Positions 26,869 to 36,095 of a stretch of 64,000 nucleotides of DNA are shown here, one piece after another (positions within the stretch are counted from its first letter, which is position 1; the number at the start of each line of letters is the position of its first letter). Source of the DNA: Candidatus Omnitrophota bacterium (GTDB lineage Bacteria > Omnitrophota > Gorgyraeia > Duberdicusellales > 4484-171); NCBI GenBank assembly GCA_003154195.1, contig PMCS01000030.1, positions 59,446 to 123,445 of the forward strand. The letters run 5' to 3'. Below the pieces are notes generated by a model that searched no databases, had not been told where the DNA came from, and was given only the letters and a program-made list of their open reading frames with translations. Both the position numbers and the translations under genes were made by a program.

Positions 26869-28715
26869 TGAAAAAACACCTGATTGCGGCAATAATCTTA
26901 ATCATTTTGATTGCGGCAATAACTTTCCCCCTGGTTTTTAAGGTTACGACGCATATCCCCGGATTTTTTTCCAGCGACGAGCCCTACGCGCCGCTCTGGG
27001 ATTCCTGGCGTATCCAGAATAGCTACCAGCATCATTCTTCGTTTGCCGACACCAATTTGATTCGTTATCCCCAGGGCGCCAAGCTTTACGAATCAGGGTA
27101 TTTGACTTATCTCTGGATAGGCTGGTTTTATTTCCTGAGTATTTTTACTACGCCGGTATTGGCTTACAATATACAAATTTTGTTTAATTTTTTTCTGGCG
27201 GGAATTTTTACTTATTTTTTGATTTTTTATTTAACCGCTCGGCGTCCCGCCGCCTTATTCGGCGCGATAATTTTCGCGTTCTGTCCGTATCAATTCAGCC
27301 GCGCCTGGCAGCACCTGAGCCTTACTTATAACCAATGGATTCCCATGGCTTTTCTGGCCGCGATTGCTTTAAAAGAAAACCCTTCCCGGAAAAATTTACT
27401 TTTTTTCGCCGCGGCGATATTCATGCTTTTTTCTTTTGACTATACGATAATGTTTTTGACCGGCATCGGCCTGCTGGCATGGTTCGGCTACGCTTTTATT
27501 TATTATTTCCGGCGTAAAGGCGGCCTCGGCGACGAAGTTTTTAAAAAATACCTAAGTTACTTTAAAAAATCATTTGTTGCCGGTGTTCTGGTATTAGCGA
27601 TACTTTCGCCGCAATTTTTCCCAATCATTAAAAATCGGCTTATGCTTTCGTCAAAAACCCAAGCCGGAGCTTATAATTCGCATCGGCGTTCTTTTAACGA
27701 TTTATTCGAACAATCGGCGCGGCCGTTAAGTTATTTTTTGCCGCCGGCGACACACCCGGTTTTGGGAAAATTTACCGAAAGCCTGGTCGGCTCAAATATT
27801 TATGGGTCAAGCTTTACCGAGCATGCGCTTTATCTGGGGTGGTTGCCGCTGGCCTTTGCGTTTTTAGCGTACCGGCGTTGGAGGAAGAACCAAAAGAGAA
27901 AAGGCGTGGTGAAGGATATGCGCGATGCTTTTGAGCGAATAACAGGCATTGAAAAGATAACGGCGCAAGAAGATATCTATCTTGGATTTTTTATTTGGCT
28001 TGCTGTTGTTGCCTGGTTATTTTCCCAGCCGCCCTGGTGGGAAATCGGCCCGCTTAAAATTTATATGCCTTCTTTTTTTATGTATAAGCTTTTACCGATG
28101 TTTCGGGCCTATTGCCGTTTTGGCATTGTTCTACAATTAGCCGTTGCTGTCCTCGCTGCCTTCGGTTTAAAATATATTATGGAAAAATACAGGGGCAAAA
28201 TAAAACAACGCATCATAGCCGGATTGTGTTGCGGCGTTGTTTTATTTGAGTTTTGGAGTTGGCCGCCCTATAAGGTTATAAACGTATCAAAAGCGCCGGA
28301 AGTTTACTCCTGGCTTAAGAATCAGCCGGGCAATTTTGTTATCGCCCAGTACCCTCTTGACGTTAAGGGGCCCAATGATGTCCGCAAGTTTTACCAGATT
28401 TTTCATCACCGGCCGATGATCAACGCTACTCTTCCTGATACTGAGTCTAATGAAATTGCAAAAAAGATGGTTAAACTTTCCGATTTTAAAACTGCCCGGC
28501 AGCTTGCCGCGATGAAAGTCAAATATGTTTTAGTCCATCGTCAGGAATATTTAGATACCGAGCTGGTCAGCGAGAGAGAAGAATTAGGCAGTATTGCCAA
28601 GAACCACGGTCTGCGATTTGTCCGTAACTTTTCTGCCGAAGGTTGTGATCCCGGTGAAATGTGCGTCCAGGTAACCGGCCCGGTGGATGTGTACGAAGTT
28701 GTTGCGAAACATTAA
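26868..28715 (+). CDS. Polytopic membrane protein with a C-terminal soluble domain; candidate GT-C glycosyltransferase or membrane acyl/sugar transferase
   Basis: About 10 TM helices in the first 400 aa, then a hydrophilic 200-aa tail. No motif I recognise. Confidence 0.45.
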   Translation: MKKHLIAAIILIILIAAITFPLVFKVTTHIPGFFSSDEPYAPLWDSWRIQNSYQHHSSFADTNLIRYPQGAKLYESGYLTYLWIGWFYFLSIFTTPVLAYNIQILFNFFLAGIFTYFLIFYLTARRPAALFGAIIFAFCPYQFSRAWQHLSLTYNQWIPMAFLAAIALKENPSRKNLLFFAAAIFMLFSFDYTIMFLTGIGLLAWFGYAFIYYFRRKGGLGDEVFKKYLSYFKKSFVAGVLVLAILSPQFFPIIKNRLMLSSKTQAGAYNSHRRSFNDLFEQSARPLSYFLPPATHPVLGKFTESLVGSNIYGSSFTEHALYLGWLPLAFAFLAYRRWRKNQKRKGVVKDMRDAFERITGIEKITAQEDIYLGFFIWLAVVAWLFSQPPWWEIGPLKIYMPSFFMYKLLPMFRAYCRFGIVLQLAVAVLAAFGLKYIMEKYRGKIKQRIIAGLCCGVVLFEFWSWPPYKVINVSKAPEVYSWLKNQPGNFVIAQYPLDVKGPNDVRKFYQIFHHRPMINATLPDTESNEIAKKMVKLSDFKTARQLAAMKVKYVLVHRQEYLDTELVSEREELGSIAKNHGLRFVRNFSAEGCDPGEMCVQVTGPVDVYEVVAKH

Positions 28716-28729
28716 GTTTCTAAAACTAA

Positions 28730-28835
28730 AAAATTTTGTCCACAGATTTCGCTGATTTGCGGGAACAATAAAAATTTGTTCTGATTCATAATCTGAAAAA
28801 TCTGAGCAATCAGTGGACAATATTTTTGGTTAAAT
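28730..28835. repeat. Repeat family H (copy 1), including the inverted pair TTGTCCAC ... GTGGACAA
   Basis: ttctgattcataatctgaaaaatctgagcaatcaGTGGACAATATTTTTGGTT resembles 52128-52185. Confidence 0.45.
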
Positions 28836-28838
28836 TAG

Positions 28839-29510
28839 ATGAAAAAGTTAAAATTTAAACCCCAGGCGGTTATTTTTGATATGGACGGCGTCATCGTTGA
28901 TTCGATGCCGTATCACTTTATAGCCTGGTATGAGGCGCTGCGGCCTTACGGGGTAAGAGTAACTTGCTTTGACGTATTTGCAAAAGAAGGGGAGCAATGG
29001 GAAAAATCATTGCGATATTTTTTGAGGCGCGCCGGGATAAAGCCTACGGCACAGCTTCTGGCGGAAATCTTCGCGCGGCGCCGGAAAATCTTTAAGAAAA
29101 ATTTTAAACGTTTTCTTTTTAAGGGCGCGGTTGAACTCTTGTTTCGTTTAAAAAATAACGGTTATTTGTTGGGTTTAGTGACGGGTACGCCGCTGGCCCA
29201 GGTAAAAAAGATTCTTCCTCCCCGGATCTTTAATTTGTTCGAGGCGGTTATCACCGGCGACAGGGTCAAAAAAGGCAAGCCCCATCCCCAGCCTTATTTA
29301 ACCGCGGCGTGCGCTCTTAAGCTTAAACCGAAGCGGTGCCTGGTGATTGAAAATGCTCCCTTTGGCATTGAGTCTGCCGGCAAAGCGGGGATGTATTGTG
29401 TGGCGGTAACTACCAGTTTACCCGCGCAATATCTGGGTATGGCCGATATGGTTGTCGACACGTTAGAAGATGTTTCCCTCCTTATCAAATCCTGCGCCTC
29501 AAATAATTAG
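28839..29510 (+). CDS. HAD-superfamily hydrolase (subfamily IA, beta-phosphoglucomutase-like; sugar phosphatase)
   Basis: AVIFDMDGVIVDS (motif I, DxD) and the later GxxTG / K ... D motifs. Confidence 0.8.
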   Translation: MKKLKFKPQAVIFDMDGVIVDSMPYHFIAWYEALRPYGVRVTCFDVFAKEGEQWEKSLRYFLRRAGIKPTAQLLAEIFARRRKIFKKNFKRFLFKGAVELLFRLKNNGYLLGLVTGTPLAQVKKILPPRIFNLFEAVITGDRVKKGKPHPQPYLTAACALKLKPKRCLVIENAPFGIESAGKAGMYCVAVTTSLPAQYLGMADMVVDTLEDVSLLIKSCASNN

Positions 29511-29582
29511 CTTTATTACCAACCCTTGTTTTAGTATAATAACTTAAGGATATACTAATTTACCCCGTTAGAGAAAGTTCAT

Positions 29583-29620
29583 CCCGTTAGAAGTACGCTT
29601 CTAACGGGGTTTACTTTTAG
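29583..29620 (+). terminator. Stem-loop with a U-rich tail between the HAD and aminotransferase genes
   Basis: cccgttagaag-tacg-cttctaacggg (11-bp stem), then gtttacttttag. Confidence 0.55.
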
Positions 29621-29632
29621 GAGACCAATCCC

Positions 29633-30769
29633 ATGAATAAAATCGGCCTTATGGATTTAAAAAGAGAGTACCCTCTCCTGAAGAAAGATATCGAGAAGCA
29701 GATAAGAGAGTGCGTGGGATCCCATCGGTGGATCCTGGGCGATGCCGTGACTGGACTGGAAAAGCAGGTTTCCCTGTACCTGGGGGCAAAATACGCGGTC
29801 GGCGTCGCTTCGGGAACCGACGCGCTTGTCCTGGCGCTCCGGGCCATGGCGATTGCGCGCCGGGATAAAAGTTGTTTCGATAAACACGATGAAATAATCA
29901 CTACGCCTTTTACTTTTATCGCTACCGCCGAGGCCATTGTCCATAGCGGGGCGACACCGGTGTTTGTCGACATCGATCCCGATACGTTTAATATAAACCC
30001 GCTGGCGATAGAAAAGGCGGTTACTAAGAATACCGTCGGTATTATACCGGTCCATCTTTACGGTTTAGGCTGCGATATGGGCCAAATCATAAAAATCTCC
30101 CGGGAAAATAATTTATTCGTCGTGGAGGATAACGCCCAATCGTTTGGCGGCATGTACCAAGATAAAAAACTCGGTTCAATCGGCGATTGCGGCTGCCATA
30201 GTTTTTTCCCTTCTAAAACACTGGGGGGATGGGGCGACGGCGGCCTGGTTGCCACCAGCGACCATAAAGTCTTGCCGTTACTGAAGGCGTTAAGAAATCA
30301 CGGCCAGACTGCGGCGTATGACGCAAGCTATATCGGTTATAACTCGCGCTTGGATTCTTTGCAGGCCGCGGTACTCCTGGCTAAATTGCGCCATTTCGAT
30401 AAGCTGGATAATCTACGGCGGACAGTTGCCGCTAAATACGCGAAAGCTTTTGACACGATGGCTATGGTCCAGCCGCAACCGGTGCGTAAAGGTTATCGCC
30501 ATGCCTACGGACTTTATACGATTAAGGTAAGCGCCGGTTCGCGCGATAAACTGCTGGCATATCTAAATGCCAACGATGTAGAGTCACGCGTCTATTATCC
30601 CGTGCCCCTGCATGAGATGAAGGCGTTTAAGGCCGCCAAAGTAAGCGGCGAGCTTAAAGCCGTCGAGGATGTGAAAAAAAGAGTGTTGAGCATCCCGATG
30701 CATCCGTTTCTCAAAGATAACGAGATTGATTATATCATCAAGACTATTCGCGCTTTTTTTAAAACATAA
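29633..30769 (+). CDS. DegT/DnrJ/EryC1/StrS-family PLP-dependent sugar aminotransferase
   Basis: Family-typical N-terminal motifs, the active-site lysine region SFFPSKTLGGWGDGG, and the usual length. Confidence 0.9.
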   Translation: MNKIGLMDLKREYPLLKKDIEKQIRECVGSHRWILGDAVTGLEKQVSLYLGAKYAVGVASGTDALVLALRAMAIARRDKSCFDKHDEIITTPFTFIATAEAIVHSGATPVFVDIDPDTFNINPLAIEKAVTKNTVGIIPVHLYGLGCDMGQIIKISRENNLFVVEDNAQSFGGMYQDKKLGSIGDCGCHSFFPSKTLGGWGDGGLVATSDHKVLPLLKALRNHGQTAAYDASYIGYNSRLDSLQAAVLLAKLRHFDKLDNLRRTVAAKYAKAFDTMAMVQPQPVRKGYRHAYGLYTIKVSAGSRDKLLAYLNANDVESRVYYPVPLHEMKAFKAAKVSGELKAVEDVKKRVLSIPMHPFLKDNEIDYIIKTIRAFFKT

Positions 30770-30852
30770 AAAGATAACCTGAGCTGGTTTTACCTAGGTT
30801 TTTCGTCCGCGAAGCGGACGGCGGTTATTTTTTTGCGAAGTAAAAAAATAAT

Positions 30853-31644
30853 ATGAAACACGTAAAAGAGAAATTTTCTATAGTTATCCCGGTGTATAAT
30901 GAGGCGGAAAGGATACGCAACAATCTTCTGGAGGTTAAAAAGACTTTTGACGATTTTGGCTGCAGTTATGAAATTGTCGCGATTGATGACGGTTCAACCG
31001 ACGATTCACGCGCTGTTTTAGAGAGCCTTTGCAAGGAAATCCCCAATCTTCTCGTGCAAAAGAATTCGCATAATTTCGGGAAGGGGCGCGCCTTAAAAAA
31101 AGCTTTCAAATATATAAGCGGCGATTTGATAGTTTGGTTGGACGCGGATTTAGAGTTGCACCCTTTCCAGGTAAAAACGCTTTACGATATCATGGTCCTC
31201 GACGGCGCGGATATCGTTATTGGTTCTAAGATGCATCCCAATTCCCAGGTTGCCTACCCGGCACATCGGCGGATTATGAGCTGGGGTTATTATTTTTTCA
31301 TCAGGTTATTTTTTCATTTGCCGTGCCAGGATACGCAAACCGGTTTGAAAATTTTCAAGCGTAAGGTTTTGGAGGAAGTTTTGCCGCGGATTCTGGTGAA
31401 GAAATTTGCTTTTGACCTGGAAGTATTGGCGAACGCCAATTACCTGGGGTTTAAAATAATCGACGCGCCGATTGTCCTGGATACAAAAAGAGAATATTCC
31501 CGCTTAGGTTTAAGCGCGGTATTTATCACTTTTTGGGATACACTCGCCGTGTGGTACAGGATGTACATCCTGAAATATTATGACCGTATCGATCATTATC
31601 GCCGTAAAGGGTTACTGCGGGAATTTAAAAGAGTGCGTAAATAA
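30853..31644 (+). CDS. GT2-family glycosyltransferase (dolichyl/polyprenyl-phosphate sugar synthase-like)
   Basis: FSIVIPVYNEAERI...VAIDDGSTDDS...WLDADLE. Confidence 0.8.
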   Translation: MKHVKEKFSIVIPVYNEAERIRNNLLEVKKTFDDFGCSYEIVAIDDGSTDDSRAVLESLCKEIPNLLVQKNSHNFGKGRALKKAFKYISGDLIVWLDADLELHPFQVKTLYDIMVLDGADIVIGSKMHPNSQVAYPAHRRIMSWGYYFFIRLFFHLPCQDTQTGLKIFKRKVLEEVLPRILVKKFAFDLEVLANANYLGFKIIDAPIVLDTKREYSRLGLSAVFITFWDTLAVWYRMYILKYYDRIDHYRRKGLLREFKRVRK

Positions 31645-32575
31645 TTCTTTCAAAATTTTCCCGGTAAATTTTGAAATAATTATTTTGCCCGATGAAATAT
31701 TTGAAAACGGGTGGCGGGATCAAAGAGTAAAAATTATACCTACGGGGAATGTTGCGCCGCCCGTTAAGCGGGACATCGGAGTAAGAGAGGCAAAGGGAGA
31801 GATAATTGCTTTTCTGGATGATGATACCTATCCGGCGCCGTGTTGGTTGGACGCCGCTTTAAAGTTGTTTGAAGGCAAAGATATCGCTTGCGTTTGCGGC
31901 CCGGCAGTCACGCCGGATGACGATTCCTTATTGCAGAAGGCAAGCGGCATCGTTTATGAGTCGTACCTGGTCAGCGGCGGCCATAATTTTCGCTATATTC
32001 CTAAGCCCGCCCGGTTTGTCGATGATTTTCCCAGTTGTAATTTTTTAATCCGGAGAGATATCTTTGAAAAAGTCGGCGGTTTTGACACGAAGTTTTGGCC
32101 GGGCGAAGATACTTTCCTTTGCCTTAAGGTTAAGCAAGCAGGAAAAAAAATGCTTTACCATCCCGCGGTTTTGGTCTATCACCATCGGCGCGGCCTTTTC
32201 GCCAAACATTTAAAACAGATCATCAACTACGGTTTACACCGGGGATATTTTGCCCGCAAATTTCCGGAAACTTCCCTGAGGATTACCTATTTTATCCCGT
32301 CGCTATTGCTTTTATGGTTGATTTCGGGTATTTTTTCCGGGCTTTCCGCGAAATTCGCGGCAATCTATTTTCTATCGGTATTATTTTATCTTGGCTGTGT
32401 GATGGCGGGGACGATTTTGGTTTTGGCGGGCAAAAAAGAAAAGATGGAAAATAAAATAAAATTGATTTTTTTAGTTTTTAGCGGAATAATCGCCACCCAT
32501 CTCGCTTATGGGATTTATTTTATCAAGGGGCTAATGGCTTCAAGCATGCCGGAGGAAACAGCAGATGATCGCTGA
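31580..32575 (+). CDS. GT2-family glycosyltransferase with C-terminal TM helices
   Basis: VSIIIAVKG...AFLDDDT (DxD) and hydrophobic C-terminal helices. The TGA stop lies inside the left TIR of the GxxExxY element remnant. Confidence 0.65.
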   Translation: MTVSIIIAVKGYCGNLKECVNNSFKIFPVNFEIIILPDEIFENGWRDQRVKIIPTGNVAPPVKRDIGVREAKGEIIAFLDDDTYPAPCWLDAALKLFEGKDIACVCGPAVTPDDDSLLQKASGIVYESYLVSGGHNFRYIPKPARFVDDFPSCNFLIRRDIFEKVGGFDTKFWPGEDTFLCLKVKQAGKKMLYHPAVLVYHHRRGLFAKHLKQIINYGLHRGYFARKFPETSLRITYFIPSLLLLWLISGIFSGLSAKFAAIYFLSVLFYLGCVMAGTILVLAGKKEKMENKIKLIFLVFSGIIATHLAYGIYFIKGLMASSMPEETADDR

Positions 32576-32790
32576 TTGGAAGATGCAGACGATCGCTGAG
32601 GATACGTATATTTATAGTGATTTAACCTATAGGTTTATTATTATGCCAAGGGCTCAAAATATAAATTGGTCTTATTAATTAATTTTGGTTCTCCTAAAGT
32701 TACCATAAAAAGATTAATATATACTAAAGGCGCAGGATGATATTTTATCTGTGATCATCTGCTTCTTCTAATCAGTGATCATCCGTGACT
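32561..32790 (+). mobile_element. Internally deleted (MITE-like) copy of the TIR-bounded GxxExxY element
   Basis: gcagatgatcgctga...tatagtgatttaacctata is the 5' ~70 bp of the element. It then jumps to ttatgccaagggctcaaaatataaattggtcttatt...tatctgtgatcatctgcttcttctaatcagtgatcatccgtgac, the 3' ~150 bp plus right TIR. Both parts are ~90% identical to 37678-38147. Confidence 0.7.
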
Positions 32791-34302
32791 ATGAAAATCA
32801 TAATTTGTTTTCCTCCCTTAAGCAACGAAAAAGGCTATCCGACCTTAGGCCAGAACCGGCAATTCCAATATTTTAAAGAACCGACATATATTTATCCGGT
32901 GGTTCCGGCAACCGCCGCCACGATGTTGGCCAAACGCGGTTTCGATGTAGTCTGGCTTGATTGTATCTCCCAGAATTTATCTTCCGATAAATTCCGGGAT
33001 ATAATCAGAAAAGAGAAACCGGATTTGGTTGCTTTAGAAACAAAAACCCCGGTAATAAAACAGGAGTGGCGTGTCGTCGATGATCTCAAGCGATTGGCGC
33101 GGGAAGAGGGTTGGAATTTAAACGTTGTATTGTTCGGCGACCATGTTACGGCCTTGCCGCAGGAGTCATTTGACAATTGCGGCGTCGATTTTATTTTAAC
33201 CGGCGGCGACTACGACTTTTTACTGCTTAATCTTTGTAATTTTCTTAAAGAATTTCCTTCGCTTCCCGCGCGCGATTTTAACGGGCCGGTCATGACCGGC
33301 CCCTACAGGTTAGAGCCGGGAATCTGGTACCGGGCGGGTAACGAAATAAAGAATACCGGTACTTTTAAGCTCGACCATGATTTGAATAGCCTTCCTTTTA
33401 TCGATCGAGACCTTACCCGATGGCCGCTTTACGCTTATAAAAATGGAAACTACCGGCGTACCCCGGGGACTTATATCATGTCGGCCCGGGATTGCTGGTG
33501 GGGAAAGTGTACTTTTTGCGGGTGGACGACAATCTATCCGCATTATCGAGCGAGAGGAGTTAAAAATGTTTTAAACGAAATAGAATATTTAGTTAATAAT
33601 TATAAGATTAAAGAGATTATGGACGATTCCGGGACTTTTCCCGTTGGAGAGTGGCTGAATAATTTTTGCCGGGGCATGATTGAACGCGGTTTGAATAAAA
33701 AAGTTACCCTTGATTGCAATATGCGTTTTGGCGCGGTTGACCGGCCGGGTTATGAATTAATGCGAAAGGCGGGGTTCCGGTTTTTACTTTTCGGTTTAGA
33801 GTCGGCCAGCCAGCAGACTTTAGACCGAATTAATAAAAATTTGAAGGCCGAAACGATTGTCTCATCCTGCCGCGCCGCCCGCGCCGCCGGCCTTTATCCG
33901 CACATAACCCTGATGTTTGGCTACCCCTGGGAAAGTTATGAGGATGCCGAAAAAACTCTCCAATTAGGAAAGTACCTGCTTAAAAAAGATTATGCTTATA
34001 CGATGCAGGCGACGGTGGTCATCCCTTATCCCGGCACTCCTTTGTTCGACGAATGCAAAAAGAACGGGTTATTATATACTCTCGATTGGCAGGAGTATGA
34101 TATGAAAAAACCGGTGATGAAATTATCGTTCGCTCCGGATAAATTAATGAGCCTCGTCCAGAGCATGTACGCGGTAACTTTTTCTCCCGAATTTATTTTT
34201 CGTAAATTATTAAGCATAAGGGATATCAACGATATAAAATATTTTGGCAGGGGATTTTTAAAAGTGCTGGGGCATCTGCTTGATTTTCGGAAAAGAAGTT
34301 AG
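32791..34302 (+). CDS. Cobalamin-binding radical SAM enzyme (class B)
   Basis: N-terminal B12-binding-like domain. Cluster motif DCWWGKCTFCGW. The ATG lies 2 nt after the right TIR. Confidence 0.7.
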   Translation: MKIIICFPPLSNEKGYPTLGQNRQFQYFKEPTYIYPVVPATAATMLAKRGFDVVWLDCISQNLSSDKFRDIIRKEKPDLVALETKTPVIKQEWRVVDDLKRLAREEGWNLNVVLFGDHVTALPQESFDNCGVDFILTGGDYDFLLLNLCNFLKEFPSLPARDFNGPVMTGPYRLEPGIWYRAGNEIKNTGTFKLDHDLNSLPFIDRDLTRWPLYAYKNGNYRRTPGTYIMSARDCWWGKCTFCGWTTIYPHYRARGVKNVLNEIEYLVNNYKIKEIMDDSGTFPVGEWLNNFCRGMIERGLNKKVTLDCNMRFGAVDRPGYELMRKAGFRFLLFGLESASQQTLDRINKNLKAETIVSSCRAARAAGLYPHITLMFGYPWESYEDAEKTLQLGKYLLKKDYAYTMQATVVIPYPGTPLFDECKKNGLLYTLDWQEYDMKKPVMKLSFAPDKLMSLVQSMYAVTFSPEFIFRKLLSIRDINDIKYFGRGFLKVLGHLLDFRKRS

Positions 34303-34335
34303 ATTGCAGAGTACGAACTAAAGAATTGGAAGAAT

Positions 34336-34452
34336 GGTTAGGGTAAGGGTAAAGATGCCCGTATGGGCCAGGGTTAGGGTTAAGGCTGTGAATTCGTATC
34401 AGCCCTAACCGTTACCATAGCCCAAACCGGCTTCCTAACCCTAGCCTTAGCC
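34336..34452 (+). repeat. Telomere-like G-tract palindromic repeat (family A, copy 1)
   Basis: GGTTAGGGTAAGGGtaaagatgcccgtatGGGccaGGGTTAGGGTTAAGGctgtgaattcgtatcagCCCTAACCgttaccatagCCCaaaccggcttcCTAACCCTAgcc. The left arm is G-tract rich and the right arm is its C-rich partner. Confidence 0.7.
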
Positions 34453-34484
34453 ATTCTTCTAAACTTAATTATACTCAGGTAGCC

Positions 34485-35768
34485 ATGCGCATTAAACACA
34501 AAATACAATCTCTGCTCAAGGACAGTCTTTTCTTCGATATGGTCGTGATTTTGCTGGGCGCCGCCGGAGGAGGATTTCTAAACTTCATTTACCGTCTTGT
34601 CTGCATAAGGTTTCTGCCGGCGGCGGACTACGGCACCTTAAACGCGTTGATTGCGCTGGTGATGCTCGGCAGTGTGGGGTTGTCACCGCTGGGGACGACT
34701 TTTACGCGATTTTTTACCGAATACGCCGCGCGCAATGATTTCGCTTTATTGGTGCGCGCGTTTAAGGCAATCGCGAAAAAAATAGTTTTTAGCAGTCTGC
34801 TTATTTTTTTACTGTTTGCTGTCGCTTCGCCGTTGACGGCTAAATTTCTCAATACGCGTATTCTGTATGTGAATATTGCCGGCGTTTTGATCGCGGTGGC
34901 GGTTATCTCGCCCTTGTTTATGTCGGTATTACAGAGCTTACAGCGGTTTAAATTATTTTCCTCCGTCGGTATTGTTTCTGCATTTTTTAAGATTGTCGTC
35001 GGCGCTTTTTTGATGTGGCGGGGCTTTGGTGTTTTAGGGGGCATTTTAGGCTATTTTACCGCGTCGGCGGTGGCGCTGGTGATGCCGTTATATTTTATAC
35101 CCCGTATCTTCAGGCGTTTACGCGATGAGCATAAAAATTGCCCCGCCGGTGAATTAGACCCCAAGCCTTTTTACCGGTATTTTTTTCCGGTGTCGCTGGC
35201 GATGTTCGCCTTTTCTTCCTTTACCAATATCGACAGTATCATCGTTAAGCATTTTTTTTCTTCCGTGGATACAGGATATTATTCGATTGCCCAGAATATC
35301 GCCAGTATCGCTTTATTCTTACCGTCGGCATTGGCCATCGTAATTTTTCCCAAAAGCACAAAAGCGTTTGTTGAAGGGAGGGATTCCCCCCGTATTTTGC
35401 GTAAATCGCTGTTGTTGGCCGCGGCTTTTTGTTTTCTTTTTGTCGCCGGAGTTTTTATCGTTCCCAATACCGTCCTTATTCTTTTTACCGGAAAGACTAA
35501 CCCGGCCAGCGCCGGCTTGCTTGGGCTTCTGTCGGCAGCGCTGAGTTTCTACGCGCTCACGTGGATAATGATAAATTTCCTCCTGGCGGTGCACAACCTG
35601 GATTTTATCGTTCCCTTTGCTGTTTTGGCGGGGCTGGAAGCGATTTGTGTTTATAATTGTCACCAAAGCCTGATGATGGTAGGATATACGGTAACTATTT
35701 TTGCCGTCCTTGCTTTTACGATGTTGCTTTGGTCGGCGCGGAATAAAGTCCATATTAGACAGGGTTAA
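34485..35768 (+). CDS. Polysaccharide biosynthesis / Wzx-like flippase (MOP superfamily)
   Basis: About 12 TM helices, ~425 aa, and a glycan-cluster context. Confidence 0.55.
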   Translation: MRIKHKIQSLLKDSLFFDMVVILLGAAGGGFLNFIYRLVCIRFLPAADYGTLNALIALVMLGSVGLSPLGTTFTRFFTEYAARNDFALLVRAFKAIAKKIVFSSLLIFLLFAVASPLTAKFLNTRILYVNIAGVLIAVAVISPLFMSVLQSLQRFKLFSSVGIVSAFFKIVVGAFLMWRGFGVLGGILGYFTASAVALVMPLYFIPRIFRRLRDEHKNCPAGELDPKPFYRYFFPVSLAMFAFSSFTNIDSIIVKHFFSSVDTGYYSIAQNIASIALFLPSALAIVIFPKSTKAFVEGRDSPRILRKSLLLAAAFCFLFVAGVFIVPNTVLILFTGKTNPASAGLLGLLSAALSFYALTWIMINFLLAVHNLDFIVPFAVLAGLEAICVYNCHQSLMMVGYTVTIFAVLAFTMLLWSARNKVHIRQG

Positions 35769-35773
35769 GGCTA

Positions 35774-35870
35774 AGGCTAGGCTCTCCTTCGCTCTTCGAG
35801 CTTCGGAGAAGTCTCGCCGAAGTTCTCCTTCGCTCTTCGAGCTTCGGAGAAATCTCGCCGAAGGCCTTGG
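35774..35870 (+). repeat. Tandem duplication of a 43-bp unit (family G) fused to family-A copy 2
   Basis: ctccttcgctcttcgagcttcggagaaRtctcgccgaag occurs twice, then gccttggcgaaggcggactttagcgaaggcggaaagccggtttggg. The reverse complement recurs at 38955-39050. Confidence 0.6.
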
Positions 35871-35930
35871 CGAAGGCGGACTTTAGCGAAGGCGGAAAGC
35901 CGGTTTGGGTTAAAAAACTTGGTTAGGGTA

Positions 35931-36085
35931 AGGGTAAAGATGCCCGTATGGGCCATGGTTATGGTTAAGGCTGTAAATTCGTATTAGCCCTAACCGTTAC
36001 CATAGCCCAAACCGGCTTCATAACCTTAACCCTAGCCGATTAACTACCGGCATCGTTGCCTTTACCCTAACCATGTCATAACCTT
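35931..36085 (+). repeat. Family-A repeat (copy 2)
   Basis: ggttagggtaagggtaaagatgcccgtatgggccatggttatggttaaggctgtaaattcgtattagccctaaccgttaccatagcccaaaccggcttcataaccttaaccctagcc, ~90% identical to copy 1, with an extra ctttaccctaacc arm. Confidence 0.7.
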
Positions 36086-36095
36086 AATAAATATT

